DNA from: a virus
Length of the DNA: 64,000 bases
Reading direction: 5' to 3' (one strand)
IMG/VR virus record: IMGVR_UViG_3300025137_004926
This document shows positions 29,869-38,689 of this stretch, one piece after another. The first letter of the stretch is position 1. Every line of letters starts with the position of its first letter. Below the pieces are notes generated by a model. The model saw only the letters and a program-made list of their open reading frames with translations, did no database searches and was not told the origin of the DNA. Position numbers and translations under genes: made by a program.

Positions 29869-30666
29869 ATGGCAGTAGTATTAAACGCAAAAGGTACCAG
29901 TGTACCTTACTTTAAAATAGGCAAATCTGGAATTACCCTCTACCAGGGCGGTAACGACCCTCATTCTTCATTAGGATATGCAGTAGCAGAACATGACATT
30001 TGGATTGATACAAATGACAAAACTGTTAAATTTAGAACAGCTTCTAATACATGGGATCCAATTGCAGATAATTTAGATGATTTAACAGACGTAGACTTAA
30101 CAGGTTTAGCTGATGGTAATTTTCTAAGATATAATTCAACATCATCAATGTGGGAAGTACACGAAGTTACTGGCGGACTTGCTAGTGATTGGGGTAGTAT
30201 AGCACAAAATCCAATAACATTTGATGGGTATAGTGGTGATATTTGGACAGTAAACACAGCATCAAGTACAGCGGCATATAGTGATAATGTGTCAATCGGT
30301 GGAAACCTTTCAGTAACAGGTAATGCAACTATATCTGGTAATCTTACATTCGGTAATGCAGATACAGATACAGTGGCGCTATCAGCCGAAATCGTTTCTA
30401 ATATTGTACCAGATGCAGATGCAACTTACGATTTAGGTTCAAGTACTAAAACTTGGAATGATGTTTATGCATCAGGAACAGTTGGTTCATCGGCTACAGG
30501 TGCTTTACAATTTCCAATAGGAACCACTGCACAGAGACCAGGTTCAGCAACATCAGGTATGGTTAGATTTAATTCGACTACTAGTAGATTTGAAGGCTAT
30601 AATGGTAGTGCATGGATTAACATCGATGTACCAGATGATTGGGGCTCAGTAGCGGATACTCCATAA
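29869..30666 (+). CDS. short fibre-like virion protein
   Basis: LDDLTDV repeat, IVPDADATYDLGSS and PIGTTAQRP..GMVRFN..FEGYNG fibre motifs. Confidence 0.8.
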   Translation: MAVVLNAKGTSVPYFKIGKSGITLYQGGNDPHSSLGYAVAEHDIWIDTNDKTVKFRTASNTWDPIADNLDDLTDVDLTGLADGNFLRYNSTSSMWEVHEVTGGLASDWGSIAQNPITFDGYSGDIWTVNTASSTAAYSDNVSIGGNLSVTGNATISGNLTFGNADTDTVALSAEIVSNIVPDADATYDLGSSTKTWNDVYASGTVGSSATGALQFPIGTTAQRPGSATSGMVRFNSTTSRFEGYNGSAWINIDVPDDWGSVADTP

Positions 30667-31262
30667 TGATTTATCCAGTAGTCTTTTGGCCTGGGTCTTA
30701 TGGGAGTGTAGTTTGTCATTTTATAAATCTACACAGAAACTTCTATCAGTTACCTCATGCCTTTACTCCAACTCAATTCGGAATTGCAAGACAATTAGAT
30801 GGTCCTTTACACATTGATAAAGAAGGTAATTTTCTAATCAATAAAAAAGGTAGAAGACCCTTGAATGCACACGTTAAGAATATTATAGATACCTACGATA
30901 TTGCAGTAAAAACACCTGCTCCTCATGAAATACTTGATATAAATGATTTTACAAATATAAAACCTATAGTTATTATCCCAGATAAAGAAGATTTACTATG
31001 GCGTATAGAAGATAAAAATGAATATCTTCATCAACCTTTATCCATGCCTGCTACACATGAATATAATCAGTGGTTAGAAGATATTGGAAAATATAATCAT
31101 TATAAATTAGATATCAATGATTTTTGGTCTTGGGGCGATATGCGTGATGCTAAAGATTTAGATGAATCTTACTTAAAATTTTGTGAATATATTAATAGCG
31201 ACCCTAGACCTACTGTAGGTCTTGATATCTCAAGAATAGAGTGGTTCGTTAGAAATGAATAG
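30666..31262 (+). CDS. hypothetical protein, possible degenerate sulfotransferase-like P-loop
   Basis: TAATG-coupled start; N-terminal VVFWPGSYGS resembles the loop in the 43164 protein. Confidence 0.6.
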   Translation: MIYPVVFWPGSYGSVVCHFINLHRNFYQLPHAFTPTQFGIARQLDGPLHIDKEGNFLINKKGRRPLNAHVKNIIDTYDIAVKTPAPHEILDINDFTNIKPIVIIPDKEDLLWRIEDKNEYLHQPLSMPATHEYNQWLEDIGKYNHYKLDINDFWSWGDMRDAKDLDESYLKFCEYINSDPRPTVGLDISRIEWFVRNE

Positions 31263-31512
31263 TAAAGATATGTTTGAAATACTACAAGAGTGGTATAAAG
31301 AACGTAAACGTCATAAAGACAAATCCTTTAAAGAATGGCTTAAACATGTAGGCGGTCTATGGACGTCCAAAGAAGAATGGGCTAAATTAGGTCGTTGGGA
31401 AACATGGAAACAACCAGCAAAAGATACCGGAAAAGGCATCGGAAAGATGTTTTTAACTAAATTACTCACAGTAATAATCATTATAATTGTAGCTACCCTG
31501 TTCAATCTCTAA
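31255..31512 (+). CDS. hypothetical protein with C-terminal TM
   Basis: ORF with hydrophobic C-terminus. Confidence 0.7.
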   Translation: MNSKDMFEILQEWYKERKRHKDKSFKEWLKHVGGLWTSKEEWAKLGRWETWKQPAKDTGKGIGKMFLTKLLTVIIIIIVATLFNL

Positions 31513-31531
31513 TATTTTGTGTTTCTCAAAT

Positions 31532-31539
31532 GATAAATA
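31532..31539 (+). promoter_or_regulatory. late promoter GATAAATA
   Basis: Motif match; implies the true start is ATG 31581. Confidence 0.6.
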
Positions 31540-31580
31540 CATATGATGAGAGCATTAATAACAAGGCAAGGGACATTATA

Positions 31581-31907
31581 ATGAAGATAGAAAGAGTAAT
31601 ATGGTATGCACCAGAGTATTTTAGTAGATGGAGATTATTTCCTAGAGCGTTTATTTCAATGTACATTTATCTTTTGTACGATGTTACGCAATGGTTTATG
31701 GCACTACCAGATCCTAATACTCAACAAGCAGGTCTTGTATCTGTAATCGTAGGTGCAGGAGCGGCATGGTTCGGATTATATGTAAATTCAAGTTCAAGTA
31801 AATTTGAACAAGTTGAAGTACGTAGCGGATCGACAATGATAAAAGCATCAGACACTAGAGATACAGTAAACGAAAAAGCAGAGGCTAAAGGCCCTAAAGA
31901 ATACTAG
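31581..31907 (+). CDS. two-TM membrane protein, putative holin
   Basis: RLFPRAF..TM..WFMALPDP..TM..charged C-terminus; late promoter. Confidence 0.55.
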   Translation: MKIERVIWYAPEYFSRWRLFPRAFISMYIYLLYDVTQWFMALPDPNTQQAGLVSVIVGAGAAWFGLYVNSSSSKFEQVEVRSGSTMIKASDTRDTVNEKAEAKGPKEY

Positions 31908-31916
31908 GAAAAGATA

Positions 31917-32372
31917 ATGGCAAACTTTAAACATCACATAAGATTAATGATGAAAGAAGAATGGAATAAACACGATATTAAAGGTGTTATTACTGTTCTT
32001 AAAAAGGCTATTGCCAATATATTTGAGCCAAAAGAAGATGGCACCGCAGTAGTATATCATATGATGGATGATTTTCATGTATATGATTTTCGTATGAATA
32101 GGGCAGTAACAGAAGCAGAAGCAGAAGTGGTGTTAAAGTTGTTACAAAACTGGACTGACAAAGACTTTACTATGGAAATTACTACTAGTGAACAGTTTGA
32201 TATTCCAGAGGGTGAGACCGAAATAGATTTATCTTCAATACGACATAATAGATGGGTATCTAGTCGTGTTGATGATGGTTGGAGATATGGTCTGCAATTT
32301 AATGAAACTGAGAAAACTGATCCCAGATTACGACCGTACCACGAACTAACTGAAAAGTTGAAAAATCTATGA
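31917..32372 (+). CDS. RyR-domain protein
   Basis: C-terminal HNRW..R..DGWRYG....EKTDPRLRPYHELTE, the RyR repeat signature. Confidence 0.8.
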   Translation: MANFKHHIRLMMKEEWNKHDIKGVITVLKKAIANIFEPKEDGTAVVYHMMDDFHVYDFRMNRAVTEAEAEVVLKLLQNWTDKDFTMEITTSEQFDIPEGETEIDLSSIRHNRWVSSRVDDGWRYGLQFNETEKTDPRLRPYHELTEKLKNL

Positions 32373-32380
32373 TTTTCGAC

Positions 32381-32409
32381 TTGACTTTAGAGTGAAAATG
32401 ATATATTAT
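32381..32409 (+). promoter_or_regulatory. sigma70-type promoter for hscB-iscA-nitroreductase-erpA-acp-motor operon
   Basis: TTGACT-N17-TATTAT. Confidence 0.65.
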
Positions 32410-32429
32410 TAAAGAATAGGTATATAAAA

Positions 32430-32969
32430 ATGTCTGGAATAAAAAGAATATATGGTCTTGAAGAAAAGAACTACTTTAAGTTCTTTGGTATTGATGAAAA
32501 GCAAGGGATAAGTGGGCGTAGTCTTACGACACACTATAAAAAAATTCTAACTATCCTTAAGAAGGACACTTCATTCACAGGTCAAGACAGATTAGCATTT
32601 GCAAATAGGGCTTTCGAAACCCTTGCAGATCCTATTGCCCGTGCAAGATATATACTTGGACTAAAAGGTCATGAGAATGATTTTAGAGACGGTGTTAGAC
32701 CTGATGATATTCTTTTTATTAATCAACTAAAACATCAATTAGAAGAACAACTTACTGTAGAAGACATAACACAATACATTGATGAATTGAAGGACCAAAC
32801 ACAGTTCATTAAAGACCAAATAGAACAAAGTATTGATACATATCAGAATTACAAAACTGCTAGTGGATTATTGAATAGATTTTATGAAATATCAGAAATT
32901 CACCAAGAAGCAAAACAAAAACAAGAAAAGATTCAAGAGGGGATAACCTATGTTGTATTTAACAGATAA
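32430..32969 (+). CDS. hscB: HscB-like Fe-S co-chaperone lacking the HPD motif
   Basis: NYFKFFGI start, ANRAFETLADPIARARYILGLKG matches HscB (INxAYxTLxxPxxRAxYLL), helical C-domain; YHPD replaced by LKKD. Confidence 0.75.
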   Translation: MSGIKRIYGLEEKNYFKFFGIDEKQGISGRSLTTHYKKILTILKKDTSFTGQDRLAFANRAFETLADPIARARYILGLKGHENDFRDGVRPDDILFINQLKHQLEEQLTVEDITQYIDELKDQTQFIKDQIEQSIDTYQNYKTASGLLNRFYEISEIHQEAKQKQEKIQEGITYVVFNR

Positions 32970-33279
32970 CTCTACAGCAAGAATTAAACAATGGTTGTCT
33001 CAGAACCCAAAACAAAAAGTGAGATTAAGTATAGATGTTGCCGGTTGTACTGGCTTCATGTACGAAGTTAAACTTGATGACAAATTCAACATAGAAGATG
33101 ACTTTGCAATTAAGTATAGTGACTTTGACATTCTCGTAGAGCATAAATATTTTCACACTATTGACGGAGCAACATTAGATTATATCACTGATCCTAAGAG
33201 TATGAGTTCGCATTTCGAACTTCAAAATAATCCAAATGAAAAAGCACGTTGCGGATGTGGAGAGAGTTTTACGGTATGA
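32950..33279 (+). CDS. iscA: A-type Fe-S carrier (IscA/SufA family)
   Basis: GCTGFMY and NPN....CGCGESF motifs. Confidence 0.88.
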   Translation: MLYLTDNSTARIKQWLSQNPKQKVRLSIDVAGCTGFMYEVKLDDKFNIEDDFAIKYSDFDILVEHKYFHTIDGATLDYITDPKSMSSHFELQNNPNEKARCGCGESFTV

Positions 33280-33998
33280 ATGAAAGAATGAAAAGTGAGA
33301 AACATGCGATAAATCAAGCACGTAGATGCCAAAGAAATTGGGACCTTTCTAAAGAAGTAGATGAGGATCACATAGACCATTGGATTTACCTAGCAACTAC
33401 ATCACCATCAAAACAAGATGAGAGTTTTTTTGATTTATACGTTGTTACTGACAGAACAAAATTAGATTATCTCTACAAGGAACATTCGTGGGGCTTCACA
33501 ATGTTACCTGGTATGAAAGATTGGGTCGGAAGAAACCCACAAATGGGAGCAAACTGTTTGTTTGTTTTCAATAGAAAGATGAACGAAGAAGAAATTCGTA
33601 ATAACGAAAAAGATGGAAGCGTAAGAGATCCAAATGCGGCAAGTAGATGGGATAATGCGTTTACATCAATTGGTATAGCAAGTGGCATTGTAGCCTTTAG
33701 TGCAAATATGATGGGCTATGTTACTGGCTATGGAAAGAATTTTGGTTACATTGAAGAACCAAAGCACAGTCAGGATGTTTGGGGTGAAGTTCTCGGCATT
33801 AAGAAAGAAGATAACAACTTGACATATAGTTTGGGAATTGGTTACCCAGATGAAAGCCTTCAATGGTATCAAAGTAAAGATAACAACGAATACCTAACAG
33901 GAGGTCCTGTTAATTATTCAATAGAGTCTACTGACACTGATTTAAAGTATTCAACATATTCTAAATTAGCCAGAGATATAAAGGTGTGGCGAGTATGA
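33276..33998 (+). CDS. nitroreductase-family protein
   Basis: [28 protein letters not shown] motifs; ATGA-coupled start. Confidence 0.75.
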   Translation: MNERMKSEKHAINQARRCQRNWDLSKEVDEDHIDHWIYLATTSPSKQDESFFDLYVVTDRTKLDYLYKEHSWGFTMLPGMKDWVGRNPQMGANCLFVFNRKMNEEEIRNNEKDGSVRDPNAASRWDNAFTSIGIASGIVAFSANMMGYVTGYGKNFGYIEEPKHSQDVWGEVLGIKKEDNNLTYSLGIGYPDESLQWYQSKDNNEYLTGGPVNYSIESTDTDLKYSTYSKLARDIKVWRV

Positions 33999-34318
33999 TT
34001 TTTACAGAAAAAGCGGCTACGAGAGTAGAAGAAATTATCATGGAACAAGGCGAAACCAACGATACAGCATTAAGAGTGTTTGTTGAAGGTGGCGGGTGCC
34101 ATGGTTTTAGTTACGGTTTTGGTTTTGAAAAAGACCTTAAGGATGATGATAGTGTCTATGAAACTAATGGCGTAAAGTTAGTAGTAGATAGTATGTCAAT
34201 TATGTATCTAGCAGATGCAAAAGTAGATTATATCTCTAGCCTACAAGGCGACAGATTTGTAATCGATAATCCGGAAGCACAAACTACATGTGGATGTGGT
34301 AGTAGTTTCTCAGTGTAA
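33995..34318 (+). CDS. erpA: A-type Fe-S carrier ErpA
   Basis: [46 protein letters not shown]. Confidence 0.9.
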   Translation: MIFTEKAATRVEEIIMEQGETNDTALRVFVEGGGCHGFSYGFGFEKDLKDDDSVYETNGVKLVVDSMSIMYLADAKVDYISSLQGDRFVIDNPEAQTTCGCGSSFSV

Positions 34319-34344
34319 TCAACCAGAGGACGAAAGAGAAGATA

Positions 34345-34584
34345 ATGGAAATAAAAGATAAAGTGTATGAAATAACTGCACGAAAAATGAAACGACAGGT
34401 CTCTGACTTGAATGATGATACCAATCTAAAGAAAGATTTGGGTGCTGATAGTATCGATACAGTTGAAATTGTATTTGAAGTAGAAGAATTTTATAAAATT
34501 GCTATTCCAGATGAATATGCAGAAAAGATACATACTATCGGTGATGCAGTCAAGTGCGTAGAGGACATGTTTAATAATCAATAG
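34345..34584 (+). CDS. acpP: acyl carrier protein
   Basis: DLGADSIDTVE phosphopantetheine-attachment motif; IPDE.AEKI.T. Confidence 0.92.
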   Translation: MEIKDKVYEITARKMKRQVSDLNDDTNLKKDLGADSIDTVEIVFEVEEFYKIAIPDEYAEKIHTIGDAVKCVEDMFNNQ

Positions 34585-34596
34585 GAAAAATAGATT

Positions 34597-35049
34597 ATGT
34601 CGAAAACTCTAAGGTGGTGGTTGTTCTTTTGTATATCACTAACAGTCATGGGAATAGGTTATTATTTCGGACTGTTTAATGAATTATATGAAAAGGATGT
34701 AACTAAGATTAGCTTTGGTATTATACTCTTGTATATATTTACAAGTTTATATATCGGTAAGTTAACGATGGATTATAAGGAAGGTGAAGATATCGAGGCA
34801 GGTTTGGGCGTCGGTTGGTTCATATCAGAAAGTATGTTGGCGTTAGGTATGATAGGTACTGTAGCAGGATTTATTCTGATGTTAGGTTCTAGTTTTGAAG
34901 GATTGGATGTAGAAGATACAGCAAGTCTTAAATCAACACTTACTGCAATGGCATTAGGTATGAGTACTGCGTTATACACGACACTTACCGGTCTTATATT
35001 CAGTCAGTTTACTAAGATACAGTTAGTCAACCTTGAGAGTCGTGACTAA
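34597..35049 (+). CDS. MotA/TolQ/ExbB-family proton channel subunit
   Basis: Four TMs; LGMIGTVAGF and GMSTALYTTLTGL motifs. Confidence 0.85.
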   Translation: MSKTLRWWLFFCISLTVMGIGYYFGLFNELYEKDVTKISFGIILLYIFTSLYIGKLTMDYKEGEDIEAGLGVGWFISESMLALGMIGTVAGFILMLGSSFEGLDVEDTASLKSTLTAMALGMSTALYTTLTGLIFSQFTKIQLVNLESRD

Positions 35050-35684
35050 TGAACAGAGGCAAGTACAAAAGCACAGTAGGATTTACAGACTTATTATTCA
35101 ACTTATTAGTAGGGTTTGTATTTCTATTCATCATTGCTTTTATTTTAATCAATCCAATAACAAAGAAAGCAGATGTACCTAAAAAAGCAGAGTACATGAT
35201 TGTTATGGAATGGCCTACAGAAGTATCAGATGATATTGACTTATGGGTCAAAGATCCTGAAGGTAATACAGTTTCTTTTGTAAAGAAAGAAAACGGTTAT
35301 ATGAATCTTGAAAAAGATGATTTGGGGCACTCCAATGATATGACTGTAGATGAGTATGGTAATAAAAAGATTATCTATATCAATAGAGAGGTAATAACAT
35401 TACGTGGTACTTTAAAAGGACAATACCAAGTAGCGGCTCATGTATACGCAATGCGACCATGGCAAGCAAAAAAGAATATTGATGTAAAGGATTTGATAAT
35501 TAAGGTAAAAATTATTAAAATAAATCCTTATAGAGAAATGTACATAGGTGATACAAATTATTCATTAAAAGGACAAGAACTATCATTAGTTAACTTTTGG
35601 CTAGACAAAGATGGGAATTTTGTTAAATACAATACGTTAGATAATAATATTATAACGAGAAAAGCAAGAAACGGCGGGCTTTAA
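35049..35684 (+). CDS. MotB/ExbD/TolR-like partner (TM with Asp plus periplasmic domain)
   Basis: GFTDLLFNLLVGFVFLF single TM with conserved Asp; periplasmic DIDLWVKDP domain. Confidence 0.7.
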   Translation: MNRGKYKSTVGFTDLLFNLLVGFVFLFIIAFILINPITKKADVPKKAEYMIVMEWPTEVSDDIDLWVKDPEGNTVSFVKKENGYMNLEKDDLGHSNDMTVDEYGNKKIIYINREVITLRGTLKGQYQVAAHVYAMRPWQAKKNIDVKDLIIKVKIIKINPYREMYIGDTNYSLKGQELSLVNFWLDKDGNFVKYNTLDNNIITRKARNGGL

Positions 35685-35708
35685 TCCGCACATATATGGA
35701 GACGTTAA

Positions 35709-36395
35709 ATGTTGTATTCAGTAGAGTTAGCGCCATTATTCATTTCACTGTTCTTTTTAGCATGTGTTGTACTTTGGTTCGCAATAAAAAATCATAGAAA
35801 CGCATTACTATTAGGTTTAGTTATACCTTTAACACTGGCGACTGTAGTTATTAGTTATATGTCAGTAGACAGGATATTAGGTTATCCTATCAATGCAACA
35901 ATTAAAGCAGATTCAGTTTATATATCTCATATAGAGTCACTTGATGGCGAGAGTATATATGTATGGGTAGTAGAACCAGGAAGTGCTAAACCTCGTGCAG
36001 TAAGTATAGCAAATACAAAAAACAATAAAAAACAAATGCAAGATGCAAAAGATAAATCTAAAGAAGGTATTAAGCAACAAATGTCACCAGTATCTAAAAT
36101 TCTAAATAAAGAAGAAATGAAAGGTAGAGGTATGACAGCAGGTGGAGAGTATGCTACATATGATTTTAGAATAGGTGGCGGAAGTCTAAAAGATATTAAT
36201 CCTAGATTAGGTTTACCTTCAGAACAAGATCCTGATGAAGAACAATCTCCTCAAGCTAACCCACCTAGTATAAGCCATATGGACCTAGAGAATGCCGAAG
36301 ATGTTGTAATGACTCAAACAGTTGTTCCTTATGAAGAATTGCCTGATATGGAAGATGCGTCAAATCATACAGTGGATGAGAATACTGACTTTTAG
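35709..36395 (+). CDS. membrane protein, third gene of motor cassette
   Basis: Two N-terminal TMs, soluble domain, acidic Pro-rich tail. Confidence 0.75.
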   Translation: MLYSVELAPLFISLFFLACVVLWFAIKNHRNALLLGLVIPLTLATVVISYMSVDRILGYPINATIKADSVYISHIESLDGESIYVWVVEPGSAKPRAVSIANTKNNKKQMQDAKDKSKEGIKQQMSPVSKILNKEEMKGRGMTAGGEYATYDFRIGGGSLKDINPRLGLPSEQDPDEEQSPQANPPSISHMDLENAEDVVMTQTVVPYEELPDMEDASNHTVDENTDF

Positions 36396-36397
36396 CA

Positions 36398-36426
36398 TTG
36401 ACACTATAACGAATCTGTGTTATTAT
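36398..36426 (+). promoter_or_regulatory. sigma70-type early promoter with internal CGAATC (GANTC)
   Basis: TTGACA-ctataa-CGAATC-tgtgt-TATTAT. Confidence 0.75.
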
Positions 36427-36459
36427 TATTAATCAATGAGAAAACAAGGACGTATAGGC

Positions 36460-36615
36460 ATGTATCAGACAAACTTAAAGGTACTCTCAGTAAAAGAGTT
36501 ACTAAAAGAATTCTACAGAATACGACATAAAGGTTCACCTTCACATGAAGATTTAATGAAGTGGATGGAAGTTTATTCTGAACTATCTTATCGAAAAATT
36601 CAAATAGATGAATAA
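36460..36615 (+). CDS. hypothetical protein (51 aa, not in ORF track)
   Basis: AAGGA RBS; MYQTNLKVLSVKELLKEFYRIRHKG...; follows promoter. Confidence 0.6.
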   Translation: MYQTNLKVLSVKELLKEFYRIRHKGSPSHEDLMKWMEVYSELSYRKIQIDE

Positions 36616-36623
36616 ATATAGAT

Positions 36624-36812
36624 ATGTTATACGTCATACTATTCTTTTGTGTAATTTTATTGGGTATGGTTATTGGTGTAGTTTGGGTTCATGAACAATC
36701 ATACAAAGTACCTCACATACCACCTGATCCAATGGAACAAAGAGTAGCAGACATTAAAGAAAGAATCTTCATACAACAAAAGAAGATTAATTCATCAAAA
36801 AGCGTTTCTTGA
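36624..36812 (+). CDS. small membrane protein
   Basis: N-terminal TM; AATAAATA ends 6 nt before the ATG. Confidence 0.65.
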   Translation: MLYVILFFCVILLGMVIGVVWVHEQSYKVPHIPPDPMEQRVADIKERIFIQQKKINSSKSVS

Positions 36813-36895
36813 AATCTACGTTCAGTAATGAACATATAAGACAAGAGCGGGTTGTTACGAAATAAACACGCAAGGGATCATGGTTAATCCCTTAA

Positions 36896-36903
36896 GATAA
36901 ATA
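36896..36903 (+). promoter_or_regulatory. late promoter GATAAATA upstream of tRNA-Thr
   Basis: Motif match. Confidence 0.55.
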
Positions 36904-36925
36904 TAGACGTAGTTAACAAAAGTCT

Positions 36926-37001
<76 letters not shown>

Positions 37002-37018
37002 TACAGAAAGGTAATAAA

Positions 37019-37234
37019 ATGAAGCCAGGCGAAGCAATTATGATAGCCGCAAGGAAACAAGCGGAGGGAGAAATAGCAATCCACCTAGCAAATATTCAGG
37101 TCTATCAAACAATGCCTGCAGGTATCGGAGAACACTCAGATGTTACCGAAGCAGTTATTGAAGAACTTAATAAGCTGGCGGCCGCACACGACCGTCTTGA
37201 AATGCTCAAAGAGTATTTCGAAAAAGCTGAATAA
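37019..37234 (+). CDS. small helical phage protein
   Basis: AAAGG RBS; start after tRNA-Thr; PAGIGEHSD motif. Confidence 0.75.
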   Translation: MKPGEAIMIAARKQAEGEIAIHLANIQVYQTMPAGIGEHSDVTEAVIEELNKLAAAHDRLEMLKEYFEKAE

Positions 37235-37243
37235 TAAAATTTA

Positions 37244-37328
37244 GCCCATGTGGTGAAATTGGTAGACACGCAGGTTTTAGGTACCTGTGCTTCACGGCGT
37301 GGGGGTTCAAGTCCCTCCATGGGCACCA
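37244..37328 (+). tRNA. tRNA-Leu(TAG)
   Basis: GCCCATG/CATGGGC; CAGGT-TT-TAG-GT-ACCTG; long variable arm; CCA. Confidence 0.95.
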
Positions 37329-37359
37329 TCTATTTAAACTTAATACAAGGAATAACAGA

Positions 37360-37791
37360 ATGAAATTAACGTATATCGTTACACTCGCTAGTAGCCTCTT
37401 AATTGGATCGTTTGCTTATGCAGAAGACATGACTATTGAAATGTTAAACAAACGTGACGATGGAGCAAAGATGGTTTATAGCGAAGACATTGCACGTATT
37501 GACGTGGGCGATACAATTACTTGGGTACCAACATCTAAAGGACATAATGTACATTTTATTGCAGGTCCAGATGGTTGGGATAAACCAAAGAAGTCAAAGA
37601 ACAACAAAGAGGTTGCTCTAACATTCGACACGCCAGGCATTTATTTGTATCAATGCACACCACATGCAAGTATGGGTATGATTGCACTTATAGTTGTAGG
37701 TGATGATACCTCTAACCTAGATGCATTAAAGAAAGCAAAAGTACGTGGTAAATCGAAAAAGAAACTTAAAGGTCTAATGCAGGATCTTTAA
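37360..37791 (+). CDS. pseudoazurin (type 1 blue copper protein)
   Basis: Signal peptide; IEMLNK, KGHNV, YQCTPHASMGMIALIVVGD (His, Cys, His, Met ligands). Confidence 0.9.
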   Translation: MKLTYIVTLASSLLIGSFAYAEDMTIEMLNKRDDGAKMVYSEDIARIDVGDTITWVPTSKGHNVHFIAGPDGWDKPKKSKNNKEVALTFDTPGIYLYQCTPHASMGMIALIVVGDDTSNLDALKKAKVRGKSKKKLKGLMQDL

Positions 37792-38210
37792 TGAACTATT
37801 TTAAAAACATAAGCGAAAAACTACCGGACTTCTGTTTATCACATTGGTTGTACAGAATTCCTTTGGCCATTGTTTTTATTCAACAAGGACTAAGTAAGTT
37901 TCCAGTATCCGTAGAAGATGCTGAAAGTTTTGGTCTGCCATATTTGGTTTGGTGGGTTGTCTCTTATGGTGAACTAGGCGCAGGTTTAGGACTCATTGTA
38001 GGAGGCATATTCCACACACAAAAAATGCCACATTGGATAGGTGACATTTTTACACGTTTCTCTGGAATTACAATCTGTTGTATAATGACAGGTGTTATCT
38101 GGGTAGGCGAACCAGAAAGTCTATTAGACGTAATCTTATATGACAATCTACACGTATTTTTATGGGTAGGTGGTTTGTTTTTTGCATTACGAGGTAATAG
38201 GGCTAAATAA
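37791..38210 (+). CDS. DoxX-family membrane protein
   Basis: RIPLAIVFIQQGLSK, GELGAGLGL, four TMs. Confidence 0.8.
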   Translation: MNYFKNISEKLPDFCLSHWLYRIPLAIVFIQQGLSKFPVSVEDAESFGLPYLVWWVVSYGELGAGLGLIVGGIFHTQKMPHWIGDIFTRFSGITICCIMTGVIWVGEPESLLDVILYDNLHVFLWVGGLFFALRGNRAK

Positions 38211-38216
38211 GGATGT

Positions 38217-38507
38217 ATGGCAAGAGTTGGAAGAAAACGGGTCCTGCAATGGATCAAAGAAGATTACGCTACTAACCCTGTAAGATTTACTACAGAGGTT
38301 TGTGGGATGACCTTAAACTTAATGGCCGCAATAATACTAATGTGGTATAGCCCAAATCCTCCAATGTTTTGGGCTTACATTTTTTTCATACTAGCTAGTG
38401 GATTATTAATGGTGGCGGCTTTCAGCCGTAAATCATTTGGATTTACTTTTATGTATATCGTTTATTTGATGATAGATGGTATAGGTTTTTTGAAAACTTT
38501 ACTTTAA
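38217..38507 (+). CDS. small three-TM membrane protein
   Basis: Three hydrophobic helices; AAGGA RBS. Confidence 0.7.
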   Translation: MARVGRKRVLQWIKEDYATNPVRFTTEVCGMTLNLMAAIILMWYSPNPPMFWAYIFFILASGLLMVAAFSRKSFGFTFMYIVYLMIDGIGFLKTLL

Positions 38508-38678
38508 TTACTTTTTCTTTGCGACTGAACCTTTATTTGGTCCTTTTTTTATTACGTAATCTTGTGTACCATTATTTCCAATATTTACTTCTTTTCGTAG
38601 GAAACGAGAAAGAAGTTTCTGTTTCGCTTCACGTAACATCTTAGTTGTATACCCGGTTAGCGATTTAGTGTCTCTCAT
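38508..38678 (-). CDS. small basic protein (56 aa, not in ORF track)
   Basis: AAGGA RBS; MRDTKSLTGY...KEVNIGNNGTQDYVIKKGPNKG. Confidence 0.65.
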   Translation of the reverse strand: MRDTKSLTGYTTKMLREAKQKLLSRFLRKEVNIGNNGTQDYVIKKGPNKGSVAKKK

Positions 38679-38689
38679 ATAATCCTTAG

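Noticed and set aside
34597-36395. Zorya defence system or flagellar stator
   Set aside because: No long ZorA tail, no OmpA-like domain in the partner, no zorC/D/E or flagellar genes
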